DNA of 63,432 nt, the filler included, from a bacterium (GTDB lineage Bacteria; JAJRZV01), in assembly GCA_024275095.1 (NCBI GenBank). It is 9 parts of 9 records of this genome, joined end to end, with 100 filler letters (N's around TTAATTAATTAA, not from the genome) between each part and the next. Parts side by side here need not be neighbours in the genome. Positions count along the whole stretch, not along the records: positions 23,954 to 34,156 come from JAJRZV010000101.1; positions 34,257 to 50,667 come from JAJRZV010000103.1; 7 more parts are not named here. One strand, 5' to 3'. Of this stretch, positions 28,268 to 37,794 are shown piece by piece. The notes under the pieces are model-generated. The model searched no databases. It was given only the letters and a program-made list of their open reading frames with translations, and was not told the DNA's origin. Made by a program: the position numbers and the translations under genes. Within the stretch, counting starts at the first letter, position 1, and every line of letters starts with the position of its first letter.

Positions 28268-29545
28268 TCACGGGCACCCGGTTAATAGAACCAGTATCCC
28301 CAAGAATACGATAAACATAGCCGATAAAAGCGGCAGGTATGACACTGTTGAACTGCCTATTCGGCTACGGAAAGTTTCCGCACCTTTCAAGAAAAGCAGG
28401 CCAGCTATAAACACAGCCACGCCAAGTCCGAAACTGAAACCTATAAGAGCCATCAGCCCCAGAAAAGAATGCCCGACCGATGCGGCAGCAAGTACAATAG
28501 CTATACCTGTAGGACACGGCGCCAGGCCGTAAGAAAGCCCAAGTGTCACGTTTTCTTTGTAGGATGATACATGTAAGGCATGATCTTCATCCAGGTGCAG
28601 TACACCCTTCATCTCGCGCCAGCGCCTCCATAAGAGATAGAGCCCTACCACCACGACGAGAATTCCCGAGGCTGTACGAAAAGCACACATGCTACTGCTA
28701 ACAGGAACGTTCGTTTCCACAATGTAAATACCTATCGCCAGAAGGTATATCGCCGCCGTGTGACTCAGAACAATGGAGAGTGCCATCGCAGCAACATTGC
28801 GTGTTGTACCTTTGTGCCCGGCAAAATAAGCAGCCATAAGTGCTTTGCCATGTCCCGGGGAAATGGAGTGTATGAATCCAAGGATAAACGCAATGCCCAA
28901 CAGTAAAACCAGGTCCGCTGCTGCAGGGGTTTCTTTCGCAAGAAGCAGACCTATGCGTTTTTTAAGAGAAACGGATTGCATGGGCGGAGGGCGAATTTCC
29001 ACCCGCGCCCTGCCAGAAAATCTGTATGAATATCGCTTGCCTGCCACCGTAAGAGTAACGTAGCGATTACCAGGGGCATGGGAGTAAGAATTGTCAACGA
29101 AGGTTAAATTGTCAAGTTCTTCAGGGCATTCGCTTGTACTGCCAGAGAGCTTATAAGCAATAAGAATATTGGGCAAATTCACATCACCAGTACGGACACG
29201 AGCGTATCCTTCTTCCAATGTGAGAGGCACTGGAAAACCTCTGTTTTCCAGTACTGTGGCAGAAAGAATTTCTTCCGCCCGCCGACGTACAAGTGCGGCC
29301 CGCTCGGTAGCACCGAGCTTACCGTCTCCGTCAGCATCTACACGGTTAATCTCCTGCAATGAAAGTATCTCGCCTATATCCTCCACATAAAATACAACGA
29401 ACTGATCATTTTCACATTTGATGCTGACACTTCTGTCAATGCTGGTAAGCCCATAATCGTGGGCATAAGCCGGGCTTCGCCACCACGCAATACCCACGCA
29501 CGCAGCAAGTAAAAGCCTGCCTTTCAATCTACGACTTCCACACAA
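28268..29545 (-). CDS. RcnA/HoxN-type nickel/cobalt transporter with an N-terminal periplasmic domain
   Basis: HSISPGHGKA, SHTA and GLAPCP; signal peptide followed by AH and an EF-hand-like DADGDGKL. Confidence 0.8.
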   Translation of the reverse strand: MCGSRRLKGRLLLAACVGIAWWRSPAYAHDYGLTSIDRSVSIKCENDQFVVFYVEDIGEILSLQEINRVDADGDGKLGATERAALVRRRAEEILSATVLENRGFPVPLTLEEGYARVRTGDVNLPNILIAYKLSGSTSECPEELDNLTFVDNSYSHAPGNRYVTLTVAGKRYSYRFSGRARVEIRPPPMQSVSLKKRIGLLLAKETPAAADLVLLLGIAFILGFIHSISPGHGKALMAAYFAGHKGTTRNVAAMALSIVLSHTAAIYLLAIGIYIVETNVPVSSSMCAFRTASGILVVVVGLYLLWRRWREMKGVLHLDEDHALHVSSYKENVTLGLSYGLAPCPTGIAIVLAAASVGHSFLGLMALIGFSFGLGVAVFIAGLLFLKGAETFRSRIGSSTVSYLPLLSAMFIVFLGILVLLTGCP

Positions 29546-30309
29546 AGGCTACGAATAACAGCCGTGGCTTCACCCTGAAATTCACCACCCGCCCACTCAT
29601 CTGCAACCCACAGGTTAAACATAACATGTCCTCCCTTCCACGGCACAACATGCCGGTTTTCTGCAACAACCACATCATCTACAGAAAAGGTGACATGTTC
29701 GCTATGCCATTCGATCTCGAAGTGATGAAATGCGGAAAAGAAAGTCTCATCTACTTCCATAGACTTGGTCTCTTTAAGTATTTCACCACCTTCAGGGTCA
29801 TACCTTTTCCACGTGGTAAAATAAACAGAGGGAGCACCATAGAAGGTTTCAAGAACCTCTATATCTATTTCCTGATTATTGTCATCCAGATTATCATCGT
29901 GAAGATACGTGAAAAAAGCCGTCACCACCCCCCTTGCCCGTGCAGGCATAACCCAGGCAGAATATTTGGTACCAGGAATTTCGACGGGAACGGAAACACT
30001 GCCTATTTCAGCACCTTCGCGAACCCGAGCATCTCCACTACCCCTACCACGTGCGGTGAGCACAAGGCCGTCCTGGGTAAACATTACATTTGCGAATTTA
30101 AATAAATTACCTCCGGGTCCCCCGGGTACATTATCATCACGGATATAGAAAATATCCGAGTCAGTAAAAAGTGAATACGCATGCGCAGTACGAAAATCTA
30201 CACTCAGGACATTACATCGGTTACCGGTGCAAGACACACCCGGGAGCAGTGGTAAAACACTCAATAGAAAAATCAATAACCGGGATGTGAAAATGCGATT
30301 ACCCAGCAC
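29524..30309 (-). CDS. Glycoside hydrolase family 16, probable lipoprotein
   Basis: GVVTAFFTY, EIDIE catalytic motif, FHHFEIEW and FNLW; lipobox GVSC. Confidence 0.85.
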   Translation of the reverse strand: MLGNRIFTSRLLIFLLSVLPLLPGVSCTGNRCNVLSVDFRTAHAYSLFTDSDIFYIRDDNVPGGPGGNLFKFANVMFTQDGLVLTARGRGSGDARVREGAEIGSVSVPVEIPGTKYSAWVMPARARGVVTAFFTYLHDDNLDDNNQEIDIEVLETFYGAPSVYFTTWKRYDPEGGEILKETKSMEVDETFFSAFHHFEIEWHSEHVTFSVDDVVVAENRHVVPWKGGHVMFNLWVADEWAGGEFQGEATAVIRSLCVEVVD

Positions 30310-31387
30310 TTGCTACAGGATAAGTGCCGAGAGTTTTGACAAAAGTGGAGGATTCGCTGAGATTTTTCAACGCCCGCCTAACTCTGGGATTTGTTCTGGC
30401 TCCCTCAAAATCCACAAAGAACACATATTCCCATGGAGAATCCTTCATCGGTCGTGACTCTATCTTTGTCAGGTTAATTCCTTCTTTTGCAAATCCCTCG
30501 AGCGCACGAAACAGTGATCCGGGACGATGGGCAACGGCAAAAATGAGCGAAGTTTTCACTTTACCAGCAATGTGTTTGAGAGGACTTTTATGCAACACAA
30601 TAAACCTTGTGTAATTGTTTTTTCTATCACTGATGTTATCCGCCACAACAGGGACATTGTAAATTTCACCTGCAAGCCGACTACCCACTGCTGCCGCGTC
30701 CTTGTCCTCGGACGCAAGCTGCACAGCGCGAGCAGTTGATTCTACTTCCAGGGATTTTGCACGTGGAAGATTCTCTCTAATCCAGTTCTTGCACTGTGCA
30801 AATGCCTGGGGATGAGAGTAGATCGTCTTTATTTCTTTAAGCGGCGCATGGGAAAGTAAAGAATGTGAAATGTAAAGCATAATCTCTCCAACGATATGCA
30901 GAGAAGTAATGATGAGCCGGTCCAGCGTATGTCCCACGGTGCCCTGAATAGAATTCTCCACTGGCACAACACCATAATCTGCCATGCCTGTTTCCACCCA
31001 TTGAAACACATCATCCACATCTCTCACAGGCACAAGTTCAACCGACCGTCCAAAAAATTCCACTGCTGCTTGATGGGAAAATGTTCCCAGCGGTCCGAGA
31101 AAACACACCTGATGCTTCTCTTCCATGCTCCGCGTCATCGAGATGATTTCTCGAAACACATTGGCCACTGCCCCCCGATCAAGTTCTTCTGGAACACGCT
31201 TTTTGACGCGCTCTATAATTTCCTTCTCTCTTACGGGATCAAACACCGCCATGCCGTTCCGGGCCTTGAGTTCACGAAGCTGCCGCGCATACCTAACGCG
31301 ACGTTTCAGCAGCGTGACAATCTCATCGTCAATGCGGTCTATACGCGCTCTAATTTCAGCGATTGGATTTTTATCTTTCTTGTCCAT
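30299..31387 (-). CDS. pheA: Chorismate mutase/prephenate dehydratase (P-protein)
   Basis: IRARIDRID, FLGPLGTFS, PVENS, SHPQA, NYTRF and LTKIESRP. The ATG at 31387 follows a strong SD. Confidence 0.96.
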   Translation of the reverse strand: MDKKDKNPIAEIRARIDRIDDEIVTLLKRRVRYARQLRELKARNGMAVFDPVREKEIIERVKKRVPEELDRGAVANVFREIISMTRSMEEKHQVCFLGPLGTFSHQAAVEFFGRSVELVPVRDVDDVFQWVETGMADYGVVPVENSIQGTVGHTLDRLIITSLHIVGEIMLYISHSLLSHAPLKEIKTIYSHPQAFAQCKNWIRENLPRAKSLEVESTARAVQLASEDKDAAAVGSRLAGEIYNVPVVADNISDRKNNYTRFIVLHKSPLKHIAGKVKTSLIFAVAHRPGSLFRALEGFAKEGINLTKIESRPMKDSPWEYVFFVDFEGARTNPRVRRALKNLSESSTFVKTLGTYPVASAG

Positions 31388-31925
31388 CCCCCCTTCTCCG
31401 TAAAATTTGAATGCCACGAACGACGTAATGAACCGCTGAAAAAGCGGTGAGAGCAGCAGTGATCATAATCAGTGCCCAGCTATACCACTTGAGTTCCACG
31501 TACCCGCCTCTTTCCACAAGAAGCACAACAAAAGCAGTTGTTAGCTGAAAAAAAGTCGCCGCTTTACCTTCTGGTAAAGGCTTAATATCAATAACTCCCA
31601 CGAGTGGAATAAGCACAAATGTACCAAGCCCTGTGAGAACATCCTTAAACACAACCAGTGCAACAAGCCAGAGAGGAATATACTGAAAATACCCGAGAGA
31701 CACATATGTGGTAACAAGAAAAATTTTGTCCGCAATTGGATCAAGATACGCACCGAGTTTAGACTGGTAGTGAAAGCGACGAGCCACAAACCCATCTATC
31801 CCATCACTGGCCCAGGCTACAACATACACAGCAAAAGCAGTTCTATCATCGCCCGTGTACAAAAAGTATACAAAAAAAGGCGATAGTACAATCCGCAATG
31901 ATGTAAGCACATTCGCAGGATTCAT
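31371..31925 (-). CDS. pgsA: CDP-alcohol phosphatidyltransferase (PgsA-like)
   Basis: ANVLTSLRI and DGIDGFVARR...LGAYLDPIADK. Confidence 0.85.
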   Translation of the reverse strand: MNPANVLTSLRIVLSPFFVYFLYTGDDRTAFAVYVVAWASDGIDGFVARRFHYQSKLGAYLDPIADKIFLVTTYVSLGYFQYIPLWLVALVVFKDVLTGLGTFVLIPLVGVIDIKPLPEGKAATFFQLTTAFVVLLVERGGYVELKWYSWALIMITAALTAFSAVHYVVRGIQILRRRGDGQER

Positions 31926-32245
31926 CGTTCTCTCACAGGAAATTCAATTGTAACAAAAGTACCGGGGATAGCATCCAGGAAAAACACGTATTCCTTGCTT
32001 TTTACATATACACTCAACCGATGCCTGCCCTGTACAAGAGCAACCACGCCGTCAGCAACGAAGTCTGCCGGCCGACCATCTACAAAAATCACTGTATCTT
32101 CCGGCACGTTTTTGAACCTGACGATACAATCTCCAGAAGAGTCCAATTTTACAAACGGTTTTGAAGAAACACACCCCGCGCATACCGTGGAAAACCCCAC
32201 CGTAAGAATAAAAATAAAAACGCCGTTATTTAAGGCCCTTGTCAT
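31922..32245 (-). CDS. Small lipoprotein with a PEGA-like beta domain
   Basis: Lipobox CAGC; VPEDTVIFVDG...GRHRL. Confidence 0.5.
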   Translation of the reverse strand: MTRALNNGVFIFILTVGFSTVCAGCVSSKPFVKLDSSGDCIVRFKNVPEDTVIFVDGRPADFVADGVVALVQGRHRLSVYVKSKEYVFFLDAIPGTFVTIEFPVRER

Positions 32246-32253
32246 GATAAATC

Positions 32254-33297
32254 TTAAAAAATGCTGAGCGAGATGGTGTTTCCTTCTATTGCGTTAATCT
32301 CGGTACGAAAGTGACCGAACTGTCCGCTTTTCATCCTCCTGATGATTAATTTAAAAAGCGCACCGGCTTCAAACGAGATACCAACACCAGACGGTGTAAT
32401 CAATGAAATTTTAGGTTCGGTAATATAGGCCTGAGAAGCCTTCAGCTCTTCGATAAAATCTTTAACTCGGTCGAGGTTAAACACGTTTTCCAGAATAATC
32501 GTATAAGTTTGAAGCCTGAAATATTGCTTCTTCCATACATCCACTGCATGAGGTACAAACACCTTTGCTGCATAATGGATGGTCTCGTCGAACAGGGCAC
32601 TAAGAGGGTCTTCCTTTTTCCTGGTCATGGATGTAAACATCTTTTGAGCTGACGTAAGGTAAATGTGTCCCGGTTCCATATAGGCGCTGATATTTAATTC
32701 AGCTTTACCGTACCGGTTAAACACCAACAAAGGCATTTTTATCTCATACACATTCACATCTACAGCGATCACCACATCTGCTCGCGTAACCTCAGGTGAA
32801 TAGCGCACAGTATCTGGTGAAACTGTTTGGGTAAGTATGCTGAGAAAAGATGCACATTGTTCTTCATTAAGGTTTTCACAGGTAAGGACAATGGCCACGG
32901 CTGGAAGATAGTTGAGGGTTCTCAGTACTCCAGCCCTCGCAAGATCCCCAAGAACCATGTCATCGTTAAATTCCACCTCTATTTTTATACGGTATTCGTT
33001 ATCAACAACCCCCTCTTCAAGAATAGAAAACGTTTCTACATAGGTACGAGCACGTGGTAAAAAATCTTTCTCAAGCCATCTGGATACAGACTCTGGAAAT
33101 TCGGGTGGTAATTTGTCCTGAAGATACTCTCTCAATGCGTTCTGAAAAGCATCCTCTATTGCCTGCGCCCTTGCATCAGCATTGCCTGAGGCCTTTTCAA
33201 GAGAACACTTGCCAACTACCCCCGTAACCAGCTCTCCGCGGCTTATCATCGGGATCGAACACAAGCAAAGTACCAGGACGCCCAATCTATTGTTCAA
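32254..33297 (-). CDS. Hypothetical exported protein (FlgT N-terminal-like)
   Basis: Long ORF in the operon with a signal-like N-terminus after a [21 protein letters not shown] motif. Confidence 0.55.
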   Translation of the reverse strand: MNNRLGVLVLCLCSIPMISRGELVTGVVGKCSLEKASGNADARAQAIEDAFQNALREYLQDKLPPEFPESVSRWLEKDFLPRARTYVETFSILEEGVVDNEYRIKIEVEFNDDMVLGDLARAGVLRTLNYLPAVAIVLTCENLNEEQCASFLSILTQTVSPDTVRYSPEVTRADVVIAVDVNVYEIKMPLLVFNRYGKAELNISAYMEPGHIYLTSAQKMFTSMTRKKEDPLSALFDETIHYAAKVFVPHAVDVWKKQYFRLQTYTIILENVFNLDRVKDFIEELKASQAYITEPKISLITPSGVGISFEAGALFKLIIRRMKSGQFGHFRTEINAIEGNTISLSIF

Positions 33298-34156
33298 CTG
33301 CAGATTCCTCCCTTTGGCGTGCATGTACAATTTCAAGTGCAACATCTTTCATCTTTTCCCTGAGATAGTCAAGGCCTTCTTCCACAAGTGCTGAACCGGT
33401 AACACTCAGCGGGTACTGTCGCGCCAGGCGCACGACCCTCTCCCTCTGTACAGTACTGAGCAAATCCAGTTTATTGAAAAAGAAGATGGCATTTTTTCCG
33501 GTAGCACCAATTTCTTCAAGGGTGGAAAGCACGGCTTCTATCTGAGGCTCTATGTCTTTCCAGGTAGAGTCAACAACAACAATTATTGCGTCACTGTGTA
33601 CTACTTCTTCCAGTGTTGCTCTAAAAGCCTCTATTAATTGATGAGGAATTTTGCGTATAAAACCCACAGTGTCTGACAAAAGAACATCACCAAAATCAGG
33701 AAGATAAACCCTTCGCACGAGAGCATCAAGCGTAGAAAAAAGCTGATCCTTGACAAAAACGTCACTGTGAGTGAGAGCCCGCAAAAGAGTGGATTTTCCC
33801 GAGTTCGTATAGCCTACGAGTGCAAAAGAGAGCATTTCAGAAAGGCGACGCTTTCGCTGTTGAGCTCTCCTCTGTCGAATTTTCTCCAGGTCATTTTTGA
33901 GTTTTCGGATGCGTCGAAGGATCTTGCGGCGGTCAACTTCAAGCTGTTTTTCACCCGGACCACGCATGCCTATACCACCGCCCAACCTGGAAAGTTCTCT
34001 CCCGCGTCCAACAAGGCGCGTGAGCATATATTGAAGCTGGGCCAGCTCAACCTGTATTTTACCTTCGTTGGTCCTGGCACGCTGTGCAAATATGTCCATA
34101 ATAAGCCTGGTGCGGTCGAGAATTTTCACGCTTAATTTTTCCTCAAGATTACGCTG
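33287..34156 (-). CDS. hflX: GTPase HflX, 5' truncated
   Basis: [36 protein letters not shown] and NKLD. Confidence 0.96.
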   Translation of the reverse strand, partial: QRNLEEKLSVKILDRTRLIMDIFAQRARTNEGKIQVELAQLQYMLTRLVGRGRELSRLGGGIGMRGPGEKQLEVDRRKILRRIRKLKNDLEKIRQRRAQQRKRRLSEMLSFALVGYTNSGKSTLLRALTHSDVFVKDQLFSTLDALVRRVYLPDFGDVLLSDTVGFIRKIPHQLIEAFRATLEEVVHSDAIIVVVDSTWKDIEPQIEAVLSTLEEIGATGKNAIFFFNKLDLLSTVQRERVVRLARQYPLSVTGSALVEEGLDYLREKMKDVALEIVHARQREESAVEQ

Positions 34157-34256
34157 NNNNNNNNNNNNNNNNNNNNNNNNNNNNNNNNNNNNNNNNNNNN
34201 TTAATTAATTAANNNNNNNNNNNNNNNNNNNNNNNNNNNNNNNNNNNNNNNNNNNN
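34157..34256. other. Artificial contig linker
   Basis: N/TTAATTAATTAA/N. Confidence 0.98.
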
Positions 34257-35237
34257 TACCGAGTCGCCTGGAGAGACACGTATACGCAGAAGTTGTTCTA
34301 TATCGTCTGTTTTCAACTCCACAGTATTTTTGCCTGCTTTAAGAGTGAATTCTATTTCATCTCCTGGTTCTATTCGTACTTTGTATTCTCCATTGATGAA
34401 GACCTTTGCTGAGTCAGTCATTGGATTGGATATGACAATGGAAGGTGATGAACCAAAATCTCCCGGTTTTACGGTCCAGGTAATTTTTTCTCCTGACCGC
34501 AGCCGGAAGGAACGTTCGCGCTCGGTAATCCCATCTGAAAGTGATACATTTACAGAACCTACACCTGTGAGAATACTTTTGCGTTCTCCTGGATAAACAG
34601 CCCCTCTGTAGCGCCCGTTGACCATTATTTCGAGGGGCACATCAGATTGATTGTTGATTACGATGGTGCCGGCTCGTTTTTTTTCTCGAATGAATGGATT
34701 CCACTCTTGAAAGTCGCCGGCTCGAATGTATAAAACTGCTTTGGTATCACCGTGCGAAGAGTGGGCTTCTACACGAACCCTACCGGGGGTTACTTTTATT
34801 TCCATAGTGTCGTAGGGCTCGAGCACGCCTCTGGGTTTTCCACTCACGTGAATTCTTATGCGAAACGGATTGGGATTATTGATAAACAGGTATCCATATC
34901 TGGCCTTCCGGGTGTTCTTCATGATTTTTTTGAGGGTTTTGATAATGTCCGGAGGATACCTGAAATTCCACACGGCTTTGCGGCCGGGTTTTACGTGGAA
35001 CGTCCGTTTGAATTCTTTACCGTAGCGGTCCTTGATTGTAACTTTTATCGTTCCTGCTTTTACAGGGAAGCGACGTATCTTTTTGGGCAGGACAAAACCT
35101 CTCAGACGACCGTTGATATATACCCTTACAGTATGCTGTGTTCTGTTTTTTATGGAGATAAAGGCTGTTCTGGCCCAGCCGGAGTCGGCCCATAAGAGGG
35201 ATATTCCCACTATAATTATGAGTAATGTTCTCCTCAT
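34257..35237 (-). CDS. Secreted protein with four tandem PEGA-like beta repeats (3' end found at 20967-21348)
   Basis: Signal peptide, GGAGG SD and four repeats of the pattern I.N......V.(I/V)NG...G...PG......V..G...V...W. Confidence 0.75.
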
Positions 35238-35425
35238 GCTCTCCTCCCGTAATTCGAGTACATGTTAAAACTTTATCATATAATAAACGATTGGTTGAGG
35301 CGAATTTACGATTGGTGTCAGGATGGAAATATTGTTCTGTCTATTGAATGCTGTGTTTTGACACCATCGCCTGCAGAATGTACTATTAAATCTCAGCTTT
35401 CGGTAGATTTTCCAGGAGGTTTGAC

Positions 35426-36217
35426 ATGGGTACAGAAAAGCATGTAATAGAGAGGAATGAAGAGCCCATTTACATTATTTCTATTAACCGGCCAGAGCGC
35501 AGAAATGCTCTTAACTGGATTACCATTACCCAGCTTTATGAAGCAATAGAGAGAGCAGAAAGAAATGAAAACATCAGATGTGTTGTTCTCACGGGAGAGG
35601 GAGGTGCATTCTGTGCAGGTCTCGACTTGAAAACGGGCCCGGGTGCAGATGGTGGTCCTGCTGATCCTGCAGACCGAATTAGATCAGGCTTTCACAAGGC
35701 CATACGTCGAATTTCAAAATCTTCGAAAATCTATATCGCAGCCATTTCGGGTGCAGCAGCAGGATTCGGTCTCGACCTCGCCCTGGCCTGTGATTTACGT
35801 TATGCGGTGTCAGATGCCGTTTTCGCAGAGAATTTTATTGAGCGCGGACTTGTACCCGACGGAGGAGGTACGTACCACCTTCCCCGGATTATAGGATTGA
35901 GCAAAGCCCTGGAACTCGCTCTCACAGGCCGACGGTTTGGCGCTGAAGAAGCCCTGTCCATGAACCTGGTAAACGGTGTGTTTGACAGAGACGATTTTAT
36001 GGCCGAGGTAATGAGAATTGCTGAAAAGATTGCAAAAGCGGCTCCTATTCCTGCGAGACTTATAAAGAAAATGATGCGAAAATCGTTTGAGTCTTCTTTT
36101 GATGATGCTCTGGAAAGAGAAGTTAAATCCCAGATCAAGTGTGTATTTTCTGAAGATTTTATCGAAGGTGTCAGAGCATTTCTTGAAAAGAGAGAACCGC
36201 AATTTAAGGGTCGTTGA
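35426..36217 (+). CDS. Enoyl-CoA hydratase/isomerase family protein
   Basis: NRPERRNAL, AFCAGLDL, LALACDLR and EGVRAFLEKREPQFKGR. Confidence 0.93.
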   Translation: MGTEKHVIERNEEPIYIISINRPERRNALNWITITQLYEAIERAERNENIRCVVLTGEGGAFCAGLDLKTGPGADGGPADPADRIRSGFHKAIRRISKSSKIYIAAISGAAAGFGLDLALACDLRYAVSDAVFAENFIERGLVPDGGGTYHLPRIIGLSKALELALTGRRFGAEEALSMNLVNGVFDRDDFMAEVMRIAEKIAKAAPIPARLIKKMMRKSFESSFDDALEREVKSQIKCVFSEDFIEGVRAFLEKREPQFKGR

Positions 36218-37168
36218 ATGCCCCCCGTAGCGCTTATTACAGGTGGAGCGGGATTCATAGGCTCTTTTTTATGTGAGCGTTTCGTTGCTGAAGGCTACGA
36301 GGTTATCTGCGTCGATAATTTCATTACAGGTCGGGAAGAAAATTTAACTTCCCTGGCAGACGAGCCACGTTTTCATCTGGAAAGAAGAGATGTATGCGAT
36401 GGGATACACGTCCATGGGGATGTGGACATAGTGCTTCATCTTGCCTCACCTGCCAGTCCCAAGGACTATTTAAAGTACCCTGTGGAAACAATGAAGGTAG
36501 GCTCTTACGGGACGTTGAATGCTCTTGATATCGCACGCGATAAAGGCGCTGTGTTTCTTCTGGCATCCACTTCGGAAGTCTACGGTGATCCGACAATGAC
36601 GCCTCAGCCAGAGAGTTACAATGGAAATGTTAATCCAGTGGGTCCAAGAGCTGTATACGACGAAGCGAAACGTTTTGGTGAAGCAATATCCAGCGCTTAC
36701 CATCGTTATTTTAATGTGAGTGTAAGGATCGCGCGAATATTTAATACCTACGGACCGCGTATGAGACCGGACGATGGTCGGGTAATCCCAGCATTTATAA
36801 CTGCTTGCCTCAAAAATCGACCATTGCCGGTGTTTGGAGATGGACGGCAGACAAGAAGTTTCTGTTATGTAGAAGATATGGTAGAAGCTTTATGGCGTCT
36901 TGCCACTTGCAATGAGAACTTTTGTGTTGTTAATCTGGGTAATCCTGAGGAGATGCCCGTGTTGGAACTGGCTCAGGTTGTCCAGGATGTATGCGGGGTA
37001 TATCCGGGTGTAGAGTTTAAGCCCCTTCCCAAAGATGACCCCAAGCGTAGATGCCCGGATATCACTCAAGCCACCCGCTTGCTGAAATGGCGCCCCCGTG
37101 TTAGCATTAAAGAGGGCCTGAAGCCGACGGTTTCGTTTTTCCAGCGGAAAATAGAGCAACAAAGTTGA
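36218..37168 (+). CDS. UDP-glucuronate decarboxylase-like SDR epimerase/dehydratase
   Basis: TGGAGFIGS, HLASPASP, STSEVYGDP, YDEAKR, RIFNTYGP and DDPKRRCPDI. Confidence 0.9.
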   Translation: MPPVALITGGAGFIGSFLCERFVAEGYEVICVDNFITGREENLTSLADEPRFHLERRDVCDGIHVHGDVDIVLHLASPASPKDYLKYPVETMKVGSYGTLNALDIARDKGAVFLLASTSEVYGDPTMTPQPESYNGNVNPVGPRAVYDEAKRFGEAISSAYHRYFNVSVRIARIFNTYGPRMRPDDGRVIPAFITACLKNRPLPVFGDGRQTRSFCYVEDMVEALWRLATCNENFCVVNLGNPEEMPVLELAQVVQDVCGVYPGVEFKPLPKDDPKRRCPDITQATRLLKWRPRVSIKEGLKPTVSFFQRKIEQQS

Positions 37169-37794
37169 ACATATACGGAGGTGAGAAGGTGGATGTTTTA
37201 AAAGAATTTCCCAAGGAGTTAACTTTGAAGGATGGCCGTCCCGTAGTTCTCAGACCCATGGAAGCCAACGATAGAGAAGTTTTGCTCCAGTTTTTCAGAG
37301 AGTTGCCCGAAGGTGACCGCCGCTATTTGCGTGATGATGTGGCCAAGGAGGAGACAATAGATAAATGGATCAGCAATCTCAATTACCGAAAGGTTTTGCC
37401 TCTCCTCGCTCTTTACGAAAATAAAGTGGTGGCCGATGGCACACTACACCGAAGCGAGTATGCGTGGGACAGTCATGTGGGAGAAATCAGAATCGTCGTA
37501 CACCCTTCGTTTCGTCGTTCGGGTCTGGGTTCTGCCATCGCACGGGAGCTGTTTCAAATAGCGTTAAAAGAAGGATTGGATAAGATCATCGCCCGTATGA
37601 TGGCAGATGACGAAGGAGCTGTGAAGGTGTTTGAAAAACTGGGATTTAAAAAAGAAGCTGTGTTGAAGGAGCATGTGAAAGACCGCAGAGGTGTTAAGCA
37701 TGATCTTCTTATAATGAGTAATAATGTATCGAAACTTCTTGAACGCTTGAAACATCTTGAGGAAGATACAGTCAGGGCTCAGGACGGTATTTGA
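37165..37794 (+). CDS. GNAT-family N-acetyltransferase
   Basis: VHPSFRRSGLGS acetyl-CoA motif and FEKLGF. Start uncertain. Confidence 0.85.
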   Translation: MNIYGGEKVDVLKEFPKELTLKDGRPVVLRPMEANDREVLLQFFRELPEGDRRYLRDDVAKEETIDKWISNLNYRKVLPLLALYENKVVADGTLHRSEYAWDSHVGEIRIVVHPSFRRSGLGSAIARELFQIALKEGLDKIIARMMADDEGAVKVFEKLGFKKEAVLKEHVKDRRGVKHDLLIMSNNVSKLLERLKHLEEDTVRAQDGI

